Position numbers and translations under genes: made by a program
From: Entomortierella parvispora E1425
Taxonomy: Eukaryota > Fungi > Mortierellomycota
Assembly: GCA_020891255.1 (NCBI GenBank)
Contig: BQFW01000005.1
Coordinates: 682,001-746,000 of the forward strand
DNA: 64,000 nt
Direction of reading: 5' to 3'
Part shown: positions 23,350 to 31,406 of the stretch, piece after piece
How positions within the stretch are numbered: the first letter of the stretch is position 1
Layout: each line of letters begins with the position of its first letter
The notes under the pieces: model-generated
The model's database searches: none
What the model saw: the letters and a program-made list of their open reading frames with translations, nothing else
Told to the model about the DNA's origin: nothing

Positions 23350-23673
23350 GAAAGCAGCTGTTGAACAACAGCAGTTACCATGCTCGAGAAAAGGAAAGAA
23401 ATAAATATAGCATCTGACAGTCATGGCGCGACATGGCAGAGCCAGTGAATCTGGAGATCAAGTGTGGAGTAGCAATGAAGTGCTGTCACCACTTGCTCGG
23501 TGCTTCTTTCATCCCGGGGAAAGGAGGCGTTTCCAATCTCGGGGCAAAAAGAATTTGTCGCAAACACTGCATTGTGCCACAGTGCATGTGGCTCCACATC
23601 CAGGACCCCACACTTCGCTGTTGATAATGTATTTTTATTGTCCACTGCGCCCACTCTGAATAGCATCCACGCC

Positions 23674-25548
23674 TCACAAAGAAAGGTTGTACCAAGCCCA
23701 ACTTTGCTTCGTCTCTACTTTTTGCTCCTCCCCCCACGGACTTTTGTTTTGCAACTGCTTTTGAGAGCTACTTTTACCGTCATTGATCCTGTCATCCGTG
23801 GGGCTCCTCATCTTGGTCAATCCAGCCACGTTTTCAGCAGCCAGTCTAGCTCGTCTGACTTCCTGAAGCATGTCGAGTGTGACTTGATGAATACAACAGG
23901 AAGCATGGCACCGATTGCAATCCAAGCACATATTGTTTGTACGATCTTGACATCCCTGGCAAGTCAGCGCGTTCATTTCATCCTCCATCAAGTGCTCGTA
24001 ATCAATCGTGATCAGAGCTCTATTGACCACTGTTTTTTTACCGCTTCTCTTGCCGACTCCTTCGCCCCGGTCAACTGCGACCTGACCCTCACTTTCGTCG
24101 CCGTATTGCCCCTTGATCTTGTCTTGCTGGTCTTCGCGGCGTCTCCCTTCTTGATATCTTACTTTCGGTCTCGTTATCTCACTACTGCTTCCCTCTACCT
24201 CACGCAGCTGAAGGTAGTCAAGTTGAGGCACAGGAACACCCTCAAGCCACTCGAGGAGGCGATCAGGCGGTGTAAGGGCAGATTCGGTAAAGCACGCTTC
24301 AATGCCATTGAAAAAAAAACCGTGATATGAACTGGGTGCCTCAATATCTGATAGTGGCGACTGAGGAAGGGAAAATGTGTCATCGCTGACCGGATCATCC
24401 TCCCGAATCAGATCAGCTGCGCCGAGAACACCCTCCTCCTCTTCTTCAAAGTCGCTTCCATGATTGGAATCGGGGCGGAACATGTACCCGGTGTAGGCGC
24501 CGTAACCGCAATACTCATAGTATTCTTTGTGGAGATCGTCCCTTTCTTTGTCACAGTGGATAGGGTCGATACAAGGAGTGGGGTTTACAAGGGGAAGGTC
24601 GACGTTGGGTGTATCCCAAGGCTCAGGTAACGTGCGCTTCGCTCTTCGGATGTAAGATGGATACCTCCAGGATGAAAGGGTCCAAGGGGTCGGAGGGAAA
24701 ATCGCATTGAGATCAGAAGTTTTAGTGAAAAACGGGCCGGTTGGAGAACCAGTAAGCGCTCTCTCTATGGCCCTTGGTTCTCGTATAGCGGAAGTTTCGC
24801 GAGTTGGGGACGAGTTGTTGGACGGAGGATGCTTGTTTACGAAACAAATGATCCTGGGCAACGTGGTCTCGAGTTCGGCCGTGCCGAGGACCCTCTGTGG
24901 TACGCTCTGCTCATCGTTGTAGTAAGGCTCTTTGATATCAACCTCCTCAAGAATCGGTAGTTCATCAACGCGAGCGCTCTCGTCGATTTCTTTCTGCTGT
25001 CCACTGCGGCGGTGGCCACTCTCTAAGGTCGTCTCAGGATCGCAATCGTAACAGTTTGTCGTAATCAAACTGCGCACGTGGATTTCGCTATGTTCAATAC
25101 AAGTCGGCTCGGAGCCATCGACGGCGTGTCTAGATTCGACCACCGCCTTCGAGTCTGGGGTATATGTGATGGAAGTGCGTTTTAGACCTGTTTCTTGTCT
25201 GGTTTCAAGACCATGAGGATAGTAGTGCTTGGAGGGTTCACCACAGGGTAGACGTTCATTCCGCTCAGACGACTCTGCACTCGTGACCTTGGCCTCAATC
25301 AACAATTTATTCGAAGTGCCGTTCTCGACAGCAGGGTGCCCCAGAGGCGCGGTTCCCGCAGGTTGGAAGTCTTCACGATAGTGATTGACGGGTTCTTCAT
25401 TCTGTAAGTTTTGAGAACTCGAGTTGATCGACTCTTGGTGGCCAGAGTCAATCCCGGAATTGTCTGAATTCTCAGTTCCAGAAGGTGTAGCTGGAGAAAC
25501 AAGAACAGAAAGAGTGGGAATTGGGTCACCGTAGCGATGTTTGGTCAT
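23674..25548 (-). CDS. Hypothetical, mostly disordered protein (~624 aa from probable ATG 25548) with a C-terminal Cys/His cluster
   Basis: Open frame 23674..25677 with ATCATG context at 25548. CQGCQDRTNNMCLDCNRCHASCCIH is encoded at ~23887-23961. Confidence 0.7.
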   Translation of the reverse strand: MTKHRYGDPIPTLSVLVSPATPSGTENSDNSGIDSGHQESINSSSQNLQNEEPVNHYREDFQPAGTAPLGHPAVENGTSNKLLIEAKVTSAESSERNERLPCGEPSKHYYPHGLETRQETGLKRTSITYTPDSKAVVESRHAVDGSEPTCIEHSEIHVRSLITTNCYDCDPETTLESGHRRSGQQKEIDESARVDELPILEEVDIKEPYYNDEQSVPQRVLGTAELETTLPRIICFVNKHPPSNNSSPTRETSAIREPRAIERALTGSPTGPFFTKTSDLNAIFPPTPWTLSSWRYPSYIRRAKRTLPEPWDTPNVDLPLVNPTPCIDPIHCDKERDDLHKEYYEYCGYGAYTGYMFRPDSNHGSDFEEEEEGVLGAADLIREDDPVSDDTFSLPQSPLSDIEAPSSYHGFFFNGIEACFTESALTPPDRLLEWLEGVPVPQLDYLQLREVEGSSSEITRPKVRYQEGRRREDQQDKIKGQYGDESEGQVAVDRGEGVGKRSGKKTVVNRALITIDYEHLMEDEMNALTCQGCQDRTNNMCLDCNRCHASCCIHQVTLDMLQEVRRARLAAENVAGLTKMRSPTDDRINDGKSSSQKQLQNKSPWGEEQKVETKQSWAWYNLSL

Positions 25549-26471
25549 GATGATATTGACCTGAGTTAGGGCGGCTATTGATTCGTAGTCTTGGTGGAAG
25601 GTATCTGGGAGAAATAGTTGGCAAGAGGGAGGAAAGCAAAGGATTCTGTGGTAGCTCGTTTTAAGGCGCGTTCGCATGTGCTGTGGTGCAACGAGGAGAG
25701 AGTCGATAATGAAGAGCGACGCGCTTTTAAAATATATCTTGAACGGCTTTTGTACCTTGCTAAATTCCTAATCAGCAACCCGTTTCTCGAGTGCATGCTT
25801 TGTTTGTCTCTTTTTTTTTTGGTCCGACATCGAAGATCCTCATCTGTTTACCGCATACGTCTAAGGACATTTATATTTCAGTAGATGGTTATTCAAGTAG
25901 GGGCGGACTTTCGAAGATAGACCTCATTGTCAAGCCGATCATACTTCATCCTGACATTCTGAAAGATGTTGACGGCAGCGTCAGTTTTCTTTGTAAACCA
26001 TCAACTTTATCAGTCAGAGATGTTCCTCCGGAGACTTCTTGGTTGACCTTTCTTGTAATTGATTTCACAGAGGGGCGATTTACATAATGAGTACCCTATT
26101 GTCGTCTATGAACTTGATTCGAATTGATAAAGGAGATCAGACCGGAGAAAGTTTTGTCAATTGGAGCAAAGGATCAATAAACGAACTTGCAAACGCCACG
26201 TTAATCAAAGAGTGTGGGAAGTGTGGGAGTCCGGGTCTTGTGATATCACTCGGCACAATACCGAACAAGATGAGATGGAAAGATACGGGGGTAACGCGCT
26301 TCATTGTCGGCGAAAGTTCACAAGCCAGCAGCTGGACGCATCCATTTACAGAAAGCCAAAAGCTTCCGCGCTTCCACAATTTTCAGCCGATTTTATTTAT
26401 TTTTTATTTTTTTATTCAAAAGGTCGTTGAAGCAAGAAGGTAAACAGGGGTGAATGTGGGATCAACAGTGC

Positions 26472-26930
26472 CTATTCTTCGGTCATCGACCACGACGATG
26501 AATAAGACATGGAAAAAGAGGTAGTGTCCTCCGAGTCTATATCTTGCTGAGAAAGAGGTCCCAGATCGCGGAGGGTATGAAATTCAACAAAATGGTCGGC
26601 ACTGAATCGTTCGGCGCGATAGTAGTACTGGCACCACAAACAAGTCGTTGGGCAAGCTCTCAAACGGCATCGGGACCCAGCCATACTAGAATTGTCTGAC
26701 TCAACGCCTCCATCGCTTTCACTGTCGCAGTCCCCTTCACAACCGCTGTCGTACGACGATTGAACGTCTTGCGATTCTCGCCATTGATTTCCGTTGATGG
26801 GAGTCGGGACTGGGGAAGTCTTGGGGAGTGTTTCTTTGGGACGAGTCGATTTGGGTCGGCTGTGTTTTGGTAATCGAAGAGGCATGGCTGAATCAATGGC
26901 AGTGGAAGCGAGCTGATGAGTGGGATCCAT
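26472..26930 (-). CDS. Hypothetical 152-aa protein with a CRLRACPTTCLWC motif
   Basis: TATAAAAG at 27021-27014, ~85 bp upstream; Pro/Ser/acidic N-half followed by four clustered Cys. Confidence 0.5.
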   Translation of the reverse strand: MDPTHQLASTAIDSAMPLRLPKHSRPKSTRPKETLPKTSPVPTPINGNQWRESQDVQSSYDSGCEGDCDSESDGGVESDNSSMAGSRCRLRACPTTCLWCQYYYRAERFSADHFVEFHTLRDLGPLSQQDIDSEDTTSFSMSYSSSWSMTEE

Positions 26931-27232
26931 TTTCGATGGGTGAGTGGAGATGACAGTGGGGACATGAAGGTATGATTCGTTGGGTTTGGGGCTCGGCTCG
27001 GACTGTGGGTCAGCTTTTATATCTTCAGATGTGTTGTTGTTTAGTTACAACCATCAGTACTGCTCCAAAAATACGGGAGGATTTTGGAGCTCAAGCTTGA
27101 AGGACGCGCAGCGAAACTCCAGCTAATAGAAAGCGGAGCAATTGGCAGAATGTCACCACTCTTTTCTATCAATACGCATGCCATCATGAGAAAAAAACAA
27201 AGTCGGAGATCTTGGGGGAAAACGTGGGGAAA

Positions 27233-27269
27233 ACCGTAATGTCTCTGCACCGTAATGTCTCTGCACCGT
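27233..27269. repeat. 16-bp tandem duplication
   Basis: ACCGTAATGTCTCTGC twice, plus ACCGT. Confidence 0.9.
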
Positions 27270-27740
27270 GCACGACCATTTACCTTTTAATCTCCATTTC
27301 GCGCTGAAATGACACTGTAGAGTGATATCTTTTGGGGCCTTGGCAATGGAGATGGACGAGGTGATTGTGGAGATGTAGCAGCAGGTTCTTCGACTGCCAC
27401 AAAATACCGCGTGGTTTTTTTTCCCTTTTCGGTGGTGGAAACAACGCTTGGCAGTGTGGACCTTGTAGCTGGGCTACAGACCTATCTCTTTATCGTTTCA
27501 TTCGGTGCAGGAAGGAAATTACGGCTTAAAACCCAACTCTTCGTCAGTCTTGGAAGGTAACCACAGCGCCATCTCGTTCCAGCAAGTAAGCAAAAAAAAA
27601 AAAAAAAATGGCGCCAGCATGGTACACAAAACCAGCGCGTCATTCGATTTCTCCTTCGTTCTCTCCTCTTCTCTCTTGTCACGTTCAAAGTTAACGATTG
27701 CACCACCAGATCAAAAACAGGCCCCGACACTATCACAGCA

Positions 27741-28016
27741 ATGCATTTCCGAGAAGATATCACTGGCATCTCCGACTCCCACCGTGGTCATGCTGGCCGA
27801 CCCGTTTTCTCACCTTCCGTCAACGAGTCAGTTACTCGCCGCGCGAACGAGTGCAGCTATAACGATTGCGCCAAACCTGTGGTCTGCATCCTGGAATACT
27901 GCAAGAAGTGCGATCGGCATTGCCCCCACCCCAACAATGGTGACCGTTGCAGCGTTTACGGGTGTCTTAGTCGCAAGTTGGCTGGTCGCGTCAACTGTAT
28001 TCATCACTGTGTGTAG
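27741..28016 (+). CDS. Small ORF with two tandem C-x4-C-x10-C-x2-[CH] zinc-knuckle-like units; start uncertain
   Basis: CSYNDCAKPVVCILEYCKKCDRHCPH and CSVYGCLSRKLAGRVNCIHHC have identical spacing. Confidence 0.5.
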   Translation: MHFREDITGISDSHRGHAGRPVFSPSVNESVTRRANECSYNDCAKPVVCILEYCKKCDRHCPHPNNGDRCSVYGCLSRKLAGRVNCIHHCV

Positions 28017-28461
28017 ATGAGTCGCGTTACACACGACTTTTGGAGGAGTTTTCCAGCAGCATGAGCAAACAGCCTATCAACAGATTCTGCCTGAGTTTCT
28101 CAAGAATGTCTTCATTTCAAAATAAACCTTCTGAGCTGATGAACTCAGCATCAGATACATTACCTACCCGCACAATCCAATCGACCCTTTCCGATGCATT
28201 CTCATCCGCCATTTTTTTTTTTTACGTCGAAAGAGGCGATCAGCCTTTTCCGCACCTAAAGCGACCACACAATAGAAGTGTGGAGCCAGACAAGGGCCAT
28301 TGGCTTTAAGAGAGAAAAGAAAATGCTAGCTCCCTCCGACCGCGTTGGATTAGGGGTAAGATAGGTTGATACTCGTAAACATGGTTGTTCTGGACAATGA
28401 TGTAAAATATGTTCTTTTGCTGAAGCTATGTCATGCAATTCGTAGTATCGGTCGGCCTCTG

Positions 28462-28665
28462 TTACAAGCGACTGATGGCGTAGGCCATGGCAGAGACCTT
28501 AAACGGCTCGGCCTTCTTCTTGGATGAGGATGCTTCACTTGGGCTAGACGACGAATGAACCCTAGTATTCTTGGCTGACTCGGTCTTTGTGTTGGGAGTC
28601 TTTGCGGAGACAATCGCGACCTTGTTGTTCTTGGAGGATGACTTGAGGGAGGCAAGGAAAGCCAT
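28462..28665 (-). CDS. Micro-protein family member C' (67 aa, ends FKVSAMAYAISRL)
   Basis: TATAAAAG at 28811-28804, ACAATG context; paralogue of 19356..19559. Confidence 0.78.
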   Translation of the reverse strand: MAFLASLKSSSKNNKVAIVSAKTPNTKTESAKNTRVHSSSSPSEASSSKKKAEPFKVSAMAYAISRL

Positions 28666-29412
28666 TGTAATATTGTTCTTTGTGAGAGTGTCTTAATGAT
28701 TTCGAGGTGTTGACAGGCCGCTTGTTTGAATGAAAGATCCTTAGTTGGTTCTTTTGTGCTGCTGATTATGATGGTGGGTCCAATGAAGGTGAAGATAATG
28801 TTGCTTTTATACTTTCATAGCCCCTGCGGGAAGGCCTTGCTGACCATGCGCAGCTCTGACTTGGTTCATGCCTGGTTGTATGGTTGGCCAGTTATCACAG
28901 TGGGTCCATCACTTAGTAGACGCGGCGTGTCCTCTGCTGCTGCTGCTGCTGGAGGCGAGCGTTGTCATTGAGGGGTGTCATCGAGGGGTGTCACCCAAAG
29001 GCGTCATCGGAGTGTAAAGACAAGTAAAGCAAAAGCGGAGAACAGTGCAACTTTGTTTTTGATGAACAAAAAAGGAGTGCTTGCGTGCGAATGTCAATTG
29101 AGCTGGAGCTCGTTTGATGTGCCGCAGCACAATTGACACGATCCCTCTTTGTTTCTTCTTCTTTGTTTGCTGATCTCTCTGTTTCCCCGGGTGAGCGCCA
29201 AATGCTTATTTTTTGAGTCAGATTTGCGCAGGTAGCGTTTGGTCCTCAACTCAAAATCAATATCCACCGCGCACCACCAACCCATTTGTCAGATGGGGGG
29301 ACGACTGAGTCAAGAGGGAGTATAAAAAGACATTGGCAATACCAAAGGACCCAGATGCCACAGACAAAACAATACGAATACAGCCAGGGCCGGAATCACC
29401 GCTGAATCCATC

Positions 29413-29619
29413 ATGTCGTTCCTCAACATCAACAAAAAGCCGTCCAAGGAGACAAGCAAGAACACTCCTTCATCCAAGTACGAGGAATTGGTCGATACAC
29501 CACGATCCTCCCTTTCAGCCGAGACGTTGACGGCTCCCGAGTCCAAGCCAACAACCAAGGCCAAGACTGTGTCTGATTTCAAGATATCAGCTATGGCCTA
29601 CGTGGTTTCACGCTCGTAG
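29413..29619 (+). CDS. Micro-protein family member B' (68 aa, MSFLNINKK...)
   Basis: TATAAAAA at 29321. Protein identical to B except residue 2 (GCG vs TCG). Confidence 0.75.
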   Translation: MSFLNINKKPSKETSKNTPSSKYEELVDTPRSSLSAETLTAPESKPTTKAKTVSDFKISAMAYVVSRS

Positions 29620-30426
29620 TGCGCCGTCGCTTTACCTGGTCGCTACCCTGCTACCTTCTCTTTTCATTGTACCATATCCCACGAACTTCGCCAACACTTT
29701 TAAAGTAATAAACATTTTTGTGTAGTCAGTGAACAACTCGGGGGAAGAGAGAGCACAGCGTACATGTCTTGTGTCTGCATTTTCAAGCACAAGTGAAGCA
29801 AAGAGGAGTCATGATTTTTGAGCGAGCAATTGCGGCAAGGACCGAAAACGAGGGTGTCATTTTTTGTGTGCTCGCACTTTAAATGGATTAAGCGAGTCAG
29901 CGCTGACCGTTGGTGTCTTGCATGTTGCGCTTTTTGTAGCTGCGAGGGGAGGAAAACAATCAATGTAATTATTGGCTAGAAAAATGATCGATGACACCCT
30001 TCCTTTACTTTTATTTTTTGTTCTTGACCTGATTGTTTGCCCAGAAAGGAAGGAGGGGGATTTTTTTGTCGTGGGCTGACAAATTGAGCCGACTATGACA
30101 CCCGAGGAAATGGGGCGCCGGTGGCAATGCTTTTCTAGTGTCAAGGATGGCGACATCCAAGCAAGGAGCTAAAGAGCTATAGGATTAAGGTTGAGGTGGG
30201 GCCACTTTACTGACAAATCCACCCCAGAGGTCCCGGAGACAATTGATGAGTTTGGATTCGTATATAAGGAAAGGAGTGGATCGTTCTCTCCTAATACAAA
30301 CAAGCAGCACATCACAACAAAAGTAACAGAAGCAACCAAGGCAGTCTCCTCTTCACTCTCGAGATCTTATCCCTGCCAAAGCCAAGTCCTCGATCCACAC
30401 AAGCAAGTCAATCGACATATATAACA

Positions 30427-30681
30427 ATGGGTATCTTTTCGTCTCTGTCGCTCAAGATGACCAACAGCCACCGAGGGTCGAGCAGATCTGAGCATTGTAG
30501 TTCAGGGCTGTCGTCGCACGATGCAATAATCCACAACAATGCAGCTCCTCGATCATCACTTTCACTAGATCAATTCAGTTTGGCAGGAAGTTCAAGGACG
30601 ATGATATCTGACAGTCAGAACGCAGCAAAGTCATCGTTTCTTTTCCAGACATCATCGATAGCGTATGCGGTGAGCCGATGA
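30427..30681 (+). CDS. Micro-protein family member A' (84 aa, same translation as A)
   Basis: TATATAAG at 30261; double stop TGA TAG; family motif present. Confidence 0.65.
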   Translation: MGIFSSLSLKMTNSHRGSSRSEHCSSGLSSHDAIIHNNAAPRSSLSLDQFSLAGSSRTMISDSQNAAKSSFLFQTSSIAYAVSR

Positions 30682-31082
30682 TAGAGTGTTTGCTCCTTGA
30701 GGTCGTTGACATTGTCGTCTATGGCCTCAGTTTACTCTAATAGTACTCTAGTTTACCCAGTTTTCACGTCACCCTACGTTCCTGTGTCGTTGTATCTATA
30801 TAGCGGTGATCGCGTTGTATATATGTAGTCATCACAATATCCTTGACATTATCCTCCCAAGACAGGCGTTCACAATAAAAGGATATTTGCCCCTGAGTTT
30901 TCAGTTGATGCCGCTGTTGATCCATCAACTTTGGGACCATTTGTAACATCCAAAGGACCAAAAAAAAAAAAGAAAGCTCTCTTTCTCGACCTTTGAGAGA
31001 CATCCGCCCGGAGGACAGGACGACAAAGACAGCAGGCCAGGGGCCAGGGTCAGGAGCAAAAAGAGAAAGAGGCAAAAGAGAA

Positions 31083-31154
31083 TTCCCAGTCCGGGGATCG
31101 AACCCGGGCCTTGTCGGTGAGAGCGACAAATCCTGACCACTGGACCAACTAGGA
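31083..31154 (-). tRNA. tRNA-Glu(CTC), right-arm copy
   Basis: Exact reverse complement of 16847-16918. Confidence 0.95.
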
Positions 31155-31406
31155 AGCAACTTGATGAAGAGAAGAACTCCAAGCCGGAGTCGGAACCATG
31201 AGTCATCACATGCCTCACGTGATGCTATCAAAAGCAATCACGTGATCATATTGACCTGTATACCCTTAAGAGCCCGAGGAACTGCCACTTTATTGGAACT
31301 TACTGGGAGGAGGATATGGTTGCCAAAGTGTCAAAGACATCCTCCCATGCCTCAGTTAACCTTGAATCCCCCCCTTTTATCCTTTGTCCTTGTAGACAAC
31401 TTCTCT

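Larger units (their letters stand above)
28460..31254 (-). repeat. Right arm of the inverted duplication (near-identical core 29417-31176)
   Basis: As for the left arm. The ORF track gives the same translations on opposite strands, e.g. 17321..17575 vs 30427..30681 and 17846..18145 vs 29857..30156. Confidence 0.95.

Noticed and set aside
23500-24330. 276-aa plus-strand ORF
   Set aside because: Antisense to the longer minus-strand ORF and has no recognisable motif.
19560-28460. The enclosed segment as a mating-type locus
   Set aside because: No HMG-box, homeodomain or alpha-box ORF was recognised, and the flanking genes are not the TPT/RNA-helicase pair known from Mucorales. Only the architecture is similar.
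16745-31254. The inverted arms as terminal inverted repeats of a DNA transposon or Starship-like element
   Set aside because: No transposase, tyrosine recombinase or RT motif in the enclosed ORFs. The arms contain a tRNA and genes, and no target-site duplication was visible at the outer ends.
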